Counted from the whole stretch's first letter, positions 27,332 through 39,852 are shown. The stretch is 58,293 nt of DNA, filler included, from Sphacelaria rigidula (GCA_964200075.2; 9 parts of 9 records of this genome joined end to end with filler, not necessarily neighbours in it); one strand, 5' to 3'. Numbers and translations: made by a program. Notes: generated by a model from the sequence alone, not told the origin.

Positions 27332-27560
27332 TCTATCGGTAGGCATTGTATACCACAATATATTCTGGTATGTATCTATCGGTATTCATTGCCGTCCTCA
27401 ATAGATCTTGTACGCACTCTATCAATAACCATCACCGCCATCAATAGATTTGGTACACGATCTATCAATAGCCATCGCCGTCATCAGTATATTTGGCACG
27501 TTGTCTATCGATGGCAGTTGCCATCATCAATATGTTCGGAAAGCTATCGATCGATATATT
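27332..27560. repeat. 43-bp degenerate tandem array, apparently inverted relative to 26316-26520
   Basis: TCTATC recurs at 27332, 27375, 27418, 27461 and 27504, with a variant at 27547. Confidence 0.8.
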
Positions 27561-29819
27561 CGGTAGGGGGTAATAGTTTCAGGTGAAGGGCCACAATAGA
27601 AAGCTACACAGGCAATAGTGTGGGAAAGGGGTCTACCGATAGACATTGCCAACGACAAAAGAAATAGACACTTGTCGATCGATAGCCATTACGGACGACA
27701 ACATTGGCATCTATTGCGGCAGATTCTACTACTATTGCAATAGATGCCGTCTATTGTCTAGGGTGTGTATGTCTCTCATAGGTTGGCAGCAAGATTCTTT
27801 GCCCAAGATTATTTGCCCAGTACTGATCAACGGCAGCAACAGCGCCAACAAGCCGCCAGGGATCGCAGAAACCCTAAACTTCGCACAAGGCGACAAGCGA
27901 TGAGGTGTGTTGCCCGATTTTAAACGTGATTTCACGATATAGTACACAGCCGCACTACAGTACACTGAGAGTACATGCGGTAGATATATAGATTTGCATA
28001 CCACTCCGTACAAGGTTTTGACGGATACTGCTGTATCAGAGAGCTACGATGAGGTGTGTTTTCCGATTACCATGTTGTGCTACACAGTCGTACTGCAGTA
28101 CAGCAGGATACTGCTGTATCAGAGAGCTTCGATGAGGTGTGTTCTCAAACTACCTTGCTGTGCTTCACGGTCGAAGTGCAGTACAGCAGTACATGCCATA
28201 GATAGACAATACAGTCTACAACTTTCGACAAACAACTCTCGCACCCCCTCCCATCCTCCCTTCCTCCTGCTTCGTGTCGTCGCCACCTTACATTGCTATG
28301 TAGGAACTACCTACTACGCACAAGGCCTGAGTTCAAGATCAACCTCAGCACCAACGTCGTCTCCTGCCTACGACATTCTTCAATTTCGCTTCTCGTAAAT
28401 TGCAGAGCGCGATACCTGTACGGAGTTCTCCTCTCATACTGCGCGTGTCTGATGGCTTTTGTGCCTTCTGCCCTTCGCTTGCAAGTTTATAAGTACGTAC
28501 CCGGATATCTTGCACGGGGTTCGCGTCTCCTGCAGCAAGCACCTGCTGACTTTTGTGTCCTCTCTATACGGGAGGCTTTTGTTTTTCTTTGCCTTGTTTT
28601 CGTAATCAATCACGTATCACAACGAGTGTAGCCCGTACCTGTCTCCTCTCTTTCCAATTGTAAGGGTTTACCGCCCTCCTTTTCCTTTGGTTTACCGAGG
28701 TTTTCAGCGCTTTTCCTTCGAGTTGGTGTGGACTTGTCGGCGGTGCGAATTGCACTTCTCCTGGTATGCTCTACAAACTTGATTGTTGTGCTTTCAGATG
28801 TCTTTGCACGTATTATGCGCCTCCTATGGTGTCATCTATCTTACGCATCCGCTTTGCCTGCGATAGAACCGTACCTACAGATTTCTTACCTCTACTGTTT
28901 TTGCCATATTTCATTCCTAGTACTTGGCCTTCCAGTGTCTTTCTTGTTTTCTCTTGGCTTTCCGCTTTCCACCTCGTGTCGTAGGACTCAAGTCGCACCT
29001 TTCCCTCTCTTGTTGTGTCGGATGTGGCGTGCACGCAGGAAGACCACTTGTAGTGTGACACAACTTGTTCTTGTGCTGTAGCTTTTGGTGCTGCATGTAG
29101 TCATACACTACTCAGCCGTTGTCGGTCCTGTGTTTGACTACACGCAGTACGTTGCTGCTGATCATAGGGTCTGGTTAACACGCGACTTTAATACATATGT
29201 GGACTATGCACTTCGTCTCTACTGCGGGCATTGCATCTGTTTGAGACTTTTTTCTCAGTTCTTACCTTTCATCGGGTATCCTTTGCCCTTCTGCTCTTTG
29301 CGCCAACACACTTCCAATAATGCTCACCACCTTTCTATCTACCTCTTCTTTTCGGACACCATCGCCGCATATCTGCTACCACCATCTCTCCTCATAATAT
29401 CCGACCGGGTACATATCATTTTTCATTTTCCTTCTATTAGCATAGACTACATCCCTCTTCTTCTCTCTACACTCTACACCGGACGATTCAAGGGGTCAAG
29501 GGGGGGCGGGGGGACACTGAGAGAACAGCACGCCGCCTGCCACGAGCGTGCCTTTCCATTGATAAAATCCACTCTCAATCAACGCTCTACTCCCAATCTC
29601 ACGAAAATATTGAAGGTGTCGAGGGGTATCATTATCCACGAAACCGAACGCCATTGAAGCAAACAAAAAAGATACCCCTCGAAGGCGTCTTCGTGGAGTA
29701 CCATTTCCCACAAACCCGAACAGCATTGAAGACAGTTGTTCCCTCGAAATACATTCGGGCCGAATGTTTGGATTTCCCTGCTTTCTATGATTTATCCCAT
29801 ACGGTATGAAAGACAGTTA

Positions 29820-30000
29820 GTTGGGAAACATGTGCGCTTAAGTCACCCTGTATGACTTGCAGGTGGGAACCATGTGCCCTGAATTTACGCCATGTGAAAG
29901 ATAGGTGGGAAAGATTGACACTTGGTTTATGTCGCGTGAAAAGTAGGTGGGAAACATGTGCGTAGTACGATACTTACCGTATCGATGCCAGGTGAGAAGG
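29820..30000. repeat. 42-bp degenerate tandem array (AGGTGGGAAACATGTGC core)
   Basis: TGGGAA at 29822, 29864, 29906 and 29948; degenerate fifth unit at 29993. Confidence 0.8.
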
Positions 30001-30336
30001 ACGTATGAATGCCAGATGAGAGAGACGTGTGGCGAAACCACGCCGTCACGTTGGGTATATAGTGGATCCTGGATGATGACCAGGGGACAAGGGCATTATG
30101 TAGATAATGACCCTTGCTGTGTAGCCCATGCCTGACGGTACGGGCTGCAGCTGTTTACTCCTGAGTAATGAGATGTTGTCAAGGCTGACAACTGAAACCT
30201 GAGGCCAGGAACTGGGGAGTCCCTCAACAGCATTAGACGCTGCAGTGCTGGCAACCTGCTGTCGTCACAGACGGGAGCTCTGTTTGAGCCGCATGGGCAG
30301 ATGGAAAATATGAATGTTCAATTCTTCCCATAAGAC

Positions 30337-32165
30337 TCACTTGTGGGACTCAAGAACGAATCGCCGTGCTTGTCGGAATCGTACGATGTGATTCGTGCAA
30401 ACAACCAAGAACTCACTCGACGCATACCTGGCGTTATATAGCTGTTGCGGCTTAACTCTTTCATCGTCAGGGTAAGGCATCTGTTGAATCGGCATCATGT
30501 AGTCTTCTTTTTCTAGTAAGTGTAAGTGATGCCAATTCGATATATCGCCTACTCGTGCGGTCAAAGCGTCAACCTTCTCATCACCAGAGTGAGTAATATG
30601 TTGAATTCGCATCATCTCTTCTACTTGATAAATAAGTGTGATGGCCAGATCACCCACCCTGGTGGTCTAAGGGCTAGGCTCATTTGCACCGGCACGATCA
30701 TGACGCTTTCCTTCTACCAACGCGTACCATGGTTACCACACATTCACTATTATTTTAGATTATGACTGCTCCCTCAAACAGTCTGTTGTCAGTGCACCAA
30801 AAAAATGACTAGTGTAACTGCTGACCCCATTATGCATGAGACTGGAAAAATGGATACCTCACTCACCCCCGCAAGATCTGTTTTGTGATTTTGTTTTTTA
30901 CATCAGCACGAGTGTTGCGGGTGCTTTGACCTGATTGTATAGAAGCGTTTTGCAGAAGAGTTATTTCGGAAAATGTCATACAGAGTAGACACAATGCGTC
31001 ATACTCTACGCGTGCTCCCGTGTCTTGGAGGCCATACTTCGTTGCTTGAGGTAGCCGCCCCTTTATCAGAACCGAGTTGAAACATCTAGCCAAGGCAAGC
31101 CTACTGGACTCCAATAAAGCATGATAAACCATCATTATCGTGAGGACTGCGCTACAGCGATATCGCCGGTCTTTGATCAAGGAAAGTCTGCTTTATGTGC
31201 AGCCGACTGCTTCCTGTACACGTATGGGGTGCATATAGGACCAAAGGATCAGTGCAATTAAATGCCACGCGTCGATCCTGTTGATCATCCTTGTCCAGGG
31301 AGGCTGTCGCATTTTTAACCCTAGAGCCCATGCGCTGATACAAAAGATGATGGCCAATGCGATAATCAAACTCGGGTTTTCGCGGTAGATCACCCTTTTC
31401 TGCCCCCACCCCCGGTCATACGACCTGAACGCGACGCCGAACCCCCAGCGTCCACCCAAGTTTAAGTGTCTGATTCGACATGGGATAGCTCGGGGAGGGC
31501 AGAGAAGGGCAAACGTTTGTGCGTCCTGCGAGACTTCATCGATGCCGGTTTATTTACGACGGATTCCTTATGGATATCAACCTGGATTATCGGTGAGCTA
31601 GAACTTCCACTGAACAGCCGATTCTAAATTTTGAGTCGAACATTAAAATGGGGTTCAACCCTAATTCGAAAAAACGAGAATTCACGCCAAACAGTATCAC
31701 CAGGAGAAAGAATCTTTGCCAGCAGAGTTTATGTTGCAGTTTCGCCGGTGTGGTTAGGTGCACCAAATGAATGCCGTGCACACGCGTGTCGATGACCATA
31801 TCGCCAGAGGAGCAACGGCGGAGAGCAAGCGCCTCGCAAATATCCTTTGTGTGTCCTCGTTCGGTGATTCCCAATCGCTGCATAGATTGGCATGATGTTC
31901 TAATACCAGCACATACCCAGGTTGCCATGTGGGGGCAGGTGGGTTATTGTAGCACAGCGGCGGAAACAAGATCGCGGGATGCACCGGTTGTCGTCTCCTG
32001 TCTGTGGCACTGACCAGTGCAAATATCGATTTATCTTTGCCGATCTGCTTGGACAAGATGTGCTTCTGTGCGCAGGAGAACACGTCGTCGAAAAGCAGGG
32101 TGATGTTCCCGTCACCGCGACTGTTCTCTCTCACACACATGCGAGCAAGGACGGCTGAGTACTTG
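30337..32165 (-). pseudogene. Exon-like segments of an unidentified, possibly decayed, multi-exon gene
   Basis: Protein-like segments ending at GT donors: YSAVLARMCVRENSRGDGNITLLFDDVFSCAQKHILSKQIGKDKSIFAL, ...DVKNKITKQILR and ...NHIVRFRQARRFVLESHK. I recognise no family and could not build a continuous model. Confidence 0.3.
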
Positions 32166-32230
32166 CGGCAAGATCAAATGATCGGAAGCCGGGGGGTATT
32201 ATTGCAGTCTAGCCATGCTACGATAGGGGT

Positions 32231-32316
32231 GTACTCATGATCATGCATGCCGATAAGGGGGGGGGGGGGGGGCGTACATATTTGTTGCTTGCCTTAGTCG
32301 TCTGACAATTGACCAC
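32231..32316 (-). mobile_element. Two nested short LINE 3' ends inserted in the G-tract of a MITE terminus
   Basis: CTACGATAGGGGT-[GTACTCATGATCATGCATGCC]-GATAAG(n)-[CGTACATATTTGTTGCTTGCCTTAGTCGTCTGACAATTGACCAC]-AG(n). Confidence 0.8.
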
Positions 32317-35114
32317 AGGGGGGGGGGGGGGGGTTGCTTCCCNNNNNNNNNNNNNNNNNNNNNNNNNNNNNNNNNNNNNNNNNNNNTTAATTAATTAANN
32401 NNNNNNNNNNNNNNNNNNNNNNNNNNNNNNNNNNNNNNNNNNGTTTTAGGCTTGAACCTCATCTCGGAGTTAACCTCAATTCGCACAATTTGTTGTTTTA
32501 CCTTAATTTGATTTTCTCTGGTCGTAAACGATGCCACCACGATAGCATCACGATGGAGAGGAATGGCTTTTTTTCTATCGCGATAGTATGGCGATAGAAA
32601 AAAAGCAATTCCTCTCCATCGCGATGCTATCGCGATGCCAATCCTGGCCATTTCCGTCCATCGCGATAGCATGGCGATAGAGAAATGTGTCTTTCTTTCT
32701 ATCGCGGTACTATCGAGATACCACTTTTAGGGTCAAATAGGCCTAAATAGACAGTTCCAGAATATGTGGTATACTGTACTCATGATCATGCATGTCATAG
32801 TCATAAGACCAGTGACCTCGCACCTCGGTAGGGGGGTGGGGGGGGGGCATTTCGTTCAGCGAAACAAAGGGTGTGTTTGATATCTTATTGCGTGGACAGG
32901 TGTGTGCTGTTGTTGATAAGAAAAGCATTTGTGAGTGATGCTACGGTAGGGGTGCACAAATATTTTCTGGGGTTAGAATTGTTAGGAGCCCTTCATCTCA
33001 TCCGAAACACGACTACTTATCAAAACATGTTAGAGTACACCAGGATTACTATTCTAATGTGCTGGAGATATCCCGAATGAATCTGCAATCGGGGATAATA
33101 TCCTGACCCATATTCTTGGGCATCTAGAACCGTTAGGAGCCTGAACCAGACAAGATTTCGTGCAAAAAGTGCACCCCTACCGTAGCATTGCTCTTGTCCG
33201 CAATTCGTTGCTTGCAACAACGCTTCAAAGCGACTCCTTCGCGCAAGAGGAGGCCCAAAACGCCCTCTCCCCTGTCGTAGGATGACTCGAAAGTGGCTCC
33301 TTCGTGGAAGAAGTGGCCCAAAATACCCTCCCCCCCCACCGCCTCCTATCGTAGGATGGCTCATTGACTCACTCCGGCATGCCCGGTAGATCAAGACTTG
33401 TGAAGAAGTCGTTTTCGTTGTTAATATCATGTGTAAAGTGTTGAATATAATGTGCATTCAACTGCTTGCATTTTCCAGCCACCTCTACGATCATAGATAG
33501 GTGGGAAACGTTGTAAGCATTCAGACGGAACACATTGTCATATCCTGGTCTTGAGTCCAATTAACCAACGCCCTTCGCCTCCCTCCTCTCATCCTAATAC
33601 CCGGAAATGCATCTCCTTTGCCGTGACCCCCGGGACTACGCATTTATGTGTGCAGGTGGTGTTTGATGTGGTTTAAAAAGGATTCTTCAGGATTCATTGA
33701 GCTCCCGAGAAAAATGAGCGTCGGCACGACTCTGAGATGGACAGCGACGTCGATAGTCTGGGCGTCAGCAGATGTCGTTTGTGTTTGGAGTTTTGGTTTT
33801 ATGTCGCCTGTGGTGAGATGTCACGATTGCGCTGCGTTTTCGAAATAGATTTCAGTCCTTACGGTAGGTTGTGGTAGAATAGAACAGTATTGGCATGCTC
33901 ACTATGGAACGGCTGGGTTGGCACTCAACACCCATCACATACGAGAATCCATCCACGAGTCGTCCAAGTGATATACATAACATTTAGTGAGATGTAGTGC
34001 CCTCGGGCAGAACTACTTATAGTGAGTTTTCGACATGCCCTCGGTTTCAGCCCAACAGACTTCAGTTCCTTTTGCGTGGATATTGGCACGATTAACGGGT
34101 CTGCGAGTTCAACGAAACAAGTAGAATAGCAGAACAAACAAGTAGAATAGCAGAACGTGCTATCCGCATCACGAGCTGCTGAGTATCAACCCCATCAAAT
34201 CTTGTTGTCGCCTCTGGCCCAACGAAATCGAGACATACATGAAAAAAACGACGAACTGTTTCAAACCCACGACTATAATAGGGATCGTTTCGACCCCGAG
34301 CGAAGAAAGAAAGCACCACAATGCACGGAAGCCCTGAAGCATAGACTCGAAGCTTCGCAGTACCAAGAAAAGTGACGGACACCTCAGGCGCTGTCGGCGA
34401 CACCCCCAAGACACCCACGACAGTTCAAAGCTATCCATGACACTGGCGGGGCTGTTGGCGGCCCAGTTCAAAGTGTAGAGCGCACATCAATCACCAATCG
34501 CTACTGAGTCGCCTACAGCGCCGACAATTACCAGGGTGCCAGTGGTGGTTTAGAGTCGTTGGCAACAGTGCTGAAGTTCGCCTTGCTGCACGTAGCGTAC
34601 AGCCCACCACGAACAACGTTTCCGTGAGAATGAGAGTAGAGCGCTGATTGAGAGTGGCTTTGAACATTTGCCTTCTTAACCTAGCCAATTTTTCGTCCCG
34701 TGTGAGCTTTTCTTTACCTCCATCACTAGCGTGTGCTTACAGCTACACGTCGATATCCTACTCGGGAATATCAAGAGCCTCAGTGGCAAGCCACCACAGA
34801 AAACATATCGGTCCTCGTGGAGGAGCCTTTCGGAACCGAATCGATTTATTCACGAATTGTCCGATTTTCACTCTCAATCGTATCCTCTACTCTCAATCTC
34901 ACGAATACATTGTTCACTGTGTTATGTGCAATGCAATCAGCGAAGCACCGTTTCGATATCAACACACACAAGGCGGTTACGAGGACCTCCGTGCCCGAGA
35001 GGTCACGGTCTACATTCGCTCGCGGGGCAGGGTTTTGGTGAAGGTTATGTTGGGTTGGATAATACGCTTGGGTTTGTATTGATGGAATATGTACGTCACC
35101 ATTATCGTGATTAA

Positions 35115-35554
35115 CACGGGATCTTGTAAATTGGGGATGCAGCTTTTATTGGGGATGAGAAACCCGGGGTATTAAAATATTTGTATCCACACCAAATCTT
35201 CGAAATATGGTTCCATTTCTTCACCTTCTACTAGCTATTGACACCTACTACACGCCATAGAAACTTGGATTTCGATCAACGAAATGTTGGGGTCCTAGAT
35301 GAAAAACCAATCTCGGAACCATATTGGTGTCCGTTCAGACACCCGGAATTCCCCAAAATTGGTTTTTCACCTAGGACGCGAACATTGCGGTGATCAAAAT
35401 CAAAATTTCTATGGCGTGTAGCAGTTGTCAGTAGCTATCAGAAGGTGAAAAAATGGAACCATATTTCAAAGATTTGGTGTGGATACGAATATTTTTATGC
35501 TCCGGGTTTCTCACCCCCAATAAAAGATCCATCCCCAATTTGTAAGATTCCGTG
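35115..35554. mobile_element. Palindromic MITE, same family as 996-1436
   Basis: CACGGGATCTTGTAAATTGGGGATG...CATCCCCAATTTGTAAGATTCCGTG, with the shared internal CCAAATCTTCGAAATATGGTTCCATT. Confidence 0.9.
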
Positions 35555-37964
35555 TTGATTAGGCAAAATGGCCAACACGCTCAGCTACGCCGGACGTATC
35601 AAACGTGTATGCTTTTGCGAGCCTTTCCTTCTGTCCGGGAGATAATTCCAAGTCAAGAACAGTAGTTGCAGGGATAACACCCTTTCAGTAAAACTGCCGG
35701 CATGATAGTCTAACGGCTCGATGAGCCACGGTATTGTTTTGTTGGAATCTCCGAGAACCACTGAGAATTCAGTCGGCGCTGGCCGGTAGCTCCGTGGTTC
35801 TCGTACGTTCTGGCAGAGCCTCGCAACCCGCCTGTAAAACCACGCGTTGATCATGTTGCCCGTGGCCCACCTGGACGCCAAGATCAGGCGCAATACCCAT
35901 GTATTCGTTCATGATCCACACGCATGAGCAGGACAGTTTTTGCCGATGGGCCTCTTCTTCCGGGAATACCATCCCCAACAGTCGAGCCACAGTGAAGCGA
36001 ACCAACGACGAACTGTTCATTTCCTTAGCTCATTCTCATGGCAGTATGTCTCCGACCGGGTGGGTTCCTGACGGCAGAAAACACAACGGCGTTCGGGGTA
36101 GCTGGAAGCTACATGTATTGGGTACCAAACCGTCGATAATTTACAACTACTTTCCTAACTTCAAGGTCTCCGTCACGTCACCCGTCCAGCGCCCTGAGGT
36201 GCCGCACAATAGTGCCGTCCAGCCTCGTCAAAGCTTGTACTAAAACCACGCCACCTCTCACCCGTCCCATACGCTCCTACAAACGTTTTTGCACATGAAT
36301 CCAGCACCCTACACAAGCAGACCAAGCTGCCGACGAGGCAATCGGGTTCGAGGGAGTGACCTCGAAGGATGGGTCTGTGCGCACAGGGCATTGTCAAACA
36401 CCACGAGATGCACGGCATTCAAGAAAGAAAACAAATGGCTGAAATCGAATTTTCAGCGGAAACAAAACCAGATGCCAGATACACACCACAGCTACAAACA
36501 CATGTACATGCCATGAGGACAATAATAACTCACCACTCCACCCACCCTCTCCCTCCCCCTTCCCCACCTTCCGAAAGATAAAAAAAAAAGCGTTTATTTT
36601 GTTGGTTATCAATTGACAAATCCAGTAACGACACTGTTTCACTCGAAGGGTGGAACGAGCACAAACCCAAGTACGAAGTGAACAGAGCTTCTGGAAACGT
36701 ATATCCAAACTAAACCACAACCTGGCCCCCAACAGTACCCGTTACCTCCCGCCCCACTTCCCCCTGTCGATTGGTTGACGGGGATCACTCTCACAGAATT
36801 ATACCGGCAGCAACAATCGGTCCTCCATGGGACATGTTGCCAACGATGTAGTACCTCCGGCATGTGAAGGGTCAGGTACGACAGTAGTAAAACGAACCAG
36901 GGTCCAAGTCACAGTCTCGGGGGGGAGGGGATGTACTCATGATCATGCATTCCATAGTCATAAGACTGTTGACCTCGTTGGCAGCTTGGTGAAATTTGTG
37001 CGAGAACGGCATGTTGAACTGCTAACACGTTGCGCGCGCAACTGTTTTCCTATGGATACTTGCGAACACGATGTGGAACCATCTCGACAAAAGTACGGCG
37101 GAACGATCGGCCGTCACCTATCGATCTGCTAGGACATCGTGTTGAGTACCTTCTTTCCCGGGAGGCATGATCAATGGGTTTCACAGATGACGCATACAAA
37201 ACACAAGGACCTCCCTGCCAGCTATAGCTGTTGCTAGGTGAGACGGTGTTGACATATAACATACATGGCAACGTACGTATGGGAACTGCAACGACACATG
37301 TGCCTCTCACCCCCCCCCTTCCTCCCCGCCAGTCCTTCGCGAGACTTGCTTTCCTTCCAACAACACATCCGAGACGACCTGGAACCCTAGACACATAAGT
37401 TGATCGTTGTTGGGTGCAACAACGCATATACCACAACGACCGAACCTCCCCCTCCGCGATTTGTATCCAAATTAGCACGCCCAAGTTCGTACGAAAATCT
37501 CTCACGTCACTCGAAATGATTATCCTTTCATCTATCACGCATCTACTCAAGCGGCAAAACATGAGTGCCTCCGCCCCCAACCCTCAACATTTGTTCCCCA
37601 ACACCTTGATCAGTCGACCTTCCTTGTCCAGGCTTTTTATCCAACATACCAATCTTGTTCCATAGAAACTCTACGACAAACAACAGCACCCATGATAGGT
37701 CGTACTTCCCCCCCCCCTCTCAAACATGACCAGCAGAGGCCGGGCTGGTGAGGTAATGATACATCTGGTCCTGCAGGTTGATGCGCTGCCTGGAAGATAT
37801 GTCAGTGCCTTCTATCCTGAGCGTGAGCATAATATTGTAGCTGTGCTTTTCGTTAGCCGCGAACACCATCTCTCCTGTAACCACCTGTGCGTTCAATTCC
37901 AGGGATAATGTTAGCAATAAGGTCAGGGTCAGAGTCGACAGGATTCGGTATAGAATTGGGGGTG

Positions 37965-38118
37965 GGAGGGGGGGGGGGGGGGGGGGGGGAAAGTACCCAT
38001 TTTCTTCCATGCCGTAGGTATAAGACCATTTACCCCGCCCCCCCGCAAAGCCGGGNNNNNNNNNNGGGTATAGGTGATAGAAAGGGGGGGGGGGAGGGGG
38101 GAGGGGGGGGGTAGGGCG

Positions 38119-38156
<38 letters not shown>

Positions 38157-38270
38157 AGTACTCATTATCTTCCATGCCGTAGTCATAAGACCATTGACCT
38201 CGCACCCCAGCAAAGCCGGGACGGAGCACGCCGGGGTTATGCCGGACGAAGTTCGCACTCAATCACTACG
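37965..38270 (-). mobile_element. LINE 3' ends (second subfamily) with long poly(C) tails, in tandem
   Basis: Minus-strand peptide ...SVPALLGCEVNGLMTTAW parallels ...SRKGCVVNGRTTKASNK* of the first subfamily and is followed by ATGAGTAC and a C-run. The left copy abuts an N10 gap and may be an assembly duplicate. Confidence 0.7.
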
Positions 38271-38697
38271 CGCGAGGCGCCGTGGTGTGTTCGGCGAGTC
38301 GCATGAAGGGTGAGCTGCAACCTGCTGAGATTGTTCGGCCCGAAGCGTACCGATTATCTTGGATATGGATGACGGCTTTCAATGAGTTGCTTCATTTTCT
38401 GGTATCGCCACTTTCAGAGATAGCCACGGGTGCCACGGGTGCCACGAGTGCCACGCTGCCTCATGATTGATTCACCATCTCAACACCACGCAGGATGATC
38501 ATCTCCTCCGCGAGGAATTGAGGTCCTCTCACCCCGCACAATATGATCTAGCTCGACCACGATCATGGATACTGCAAAAACAACGCCAGCGAAAAAAACG
38601 CCAGCGCAAAGAAGAACTTTGACCTCGTTGCCTGGCTTACGCAGTGAGTAGCGTGTTTTACAGCGTCGTCACCAACGGACGCCAATCCTATGGGGGG

Positions 38698-38830
38698 CGT
38701 ACTCATTTGTTGCTTGCCTTAGTCATTTGACCATTGACCACGCATCCCTTTCGAGACGGAGCAATAGGATTGGGGGGGGGGGTACTCATGATCATACATG
38801 CCATAGTCATCAGACCATTGACCTCGTATC
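38698..38830 (-). mobile_element. Two head-to-tail short LINE 3' ends, one of each subfamily
   Basis: G6-CGTACTCATTTGTTGCTTGCC...GAGACGGAGC, then a G-run and TACTCATGATCATACATGCCATAGTCATCAGACCATTGACCTCG. Confidence 0.8.
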
Positions 38831-38958
38831 NNNNNNNNNNNNNNNNNNNNNNNNNNNNNNNNNNNNNNNNNNNNTTAATTAATTAANNNNNNNNNNNNNN
38901 NNNNNNNNNNNNNNNNNNNNNNNNNNNNNNTTGCATGGTGGGTGGGTGGTTGGGGGTG

Positions 38959-39852
38959 CGTACTCATTTGTTGCTTGCCTTCGTCGTTCGACCATTGACC
39001 ACGCATCCCTTTCGAGACTGACCACCGTTCCTACTCCAAAAAGAGGCATCTTTAACTTTTTGGTGCTCGATACGTTTCTTCCGTACATTACACAATGACA
39101 TTTCACGTGTCTTATCCCCGTCCTGTTTCGCCGCCTGTGGCCACCATTTATCTCCTAGTATGGCCATCGTCTTTCCCCTACGGTCTAATCCATCGAACGA
39201 CTTAGTGCCACCTTTGTTCGCGTCTCGTATTCCCCCCTCTAGCACGGTCTGTTCCTCGTTGCATACTTCACGCTATATGAGTTCTACTCTCTGTTGCTTT
39301 TCTACAGGGGCAATTCTCTCCATCTGCTTCCTCCTCCTCTCGACTACTGGTAAATCTCTTTTCTTTTTCTGGCAGCTCCAGGCCCCCCACCCGAGATCGC
39401 AGTTCCAATTTTTTCGCCGCGTCCATTGGACGACGTAGATATGTTTTCATCCCGATCCCCTCTCTCAACTACCTATATAGCTTCAGGTGTTCTTCCTCGG
39501 GTACTTTGGGTTTTGACATTCATTTTCCCCTTGTTTCTATCACGTCTCTTACTTTGATCTTGTACCTGTCGCATTCACCTACAGTATATGGACTATCTCA
39601 TCTTGGTTTCTTCCTATCTCCTTCCCTACTTTTTCGACTTCTCTATCCCACCTTATTCCGGCGTGCGCTCTTGTCATTTTCTTCCGTACAGCCCCATCAA
39701 CTATGGCTGGCAATCTCTTCCTCTGCATATTCTTTGCGCTATATTATTGCTATTTCATTTTCTCATGTATGTTTGCTGTAAGTGAGTACATTCACACTCC
39801 TGCTCTCAATGTCAATTAATCATTGTTTGAGTATCAAAGTATTTTCTTAGCT
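38959..39852 (-). mobile_element. 5'-truncated LINE with intact 3' end
   Basis: Frameshifted REGIGMKTYLRRPMDAAKKLELR...CPCRKATESRTHIA / ...ILGDKWWPQAAKQDGDK / ...GCVVNGRTTKASNK*, then GTACG and a C-rich tail. Confidence 0.88.

Noticed and set aside
29820..30000. CRISPR array
   Set aside because: Eukaryotic context, short degenerate cores, linkers partly similar to each other, and no cas genes.
37720..38313. Proline-rich or glycine-rich ORFs, and a possible KAP N-terminal exon at 38210-38310
   Set aside because: These are translations of G/C homopolymer tails and LINE 3' ends across an N gap, on a different contig from the KAP gene.
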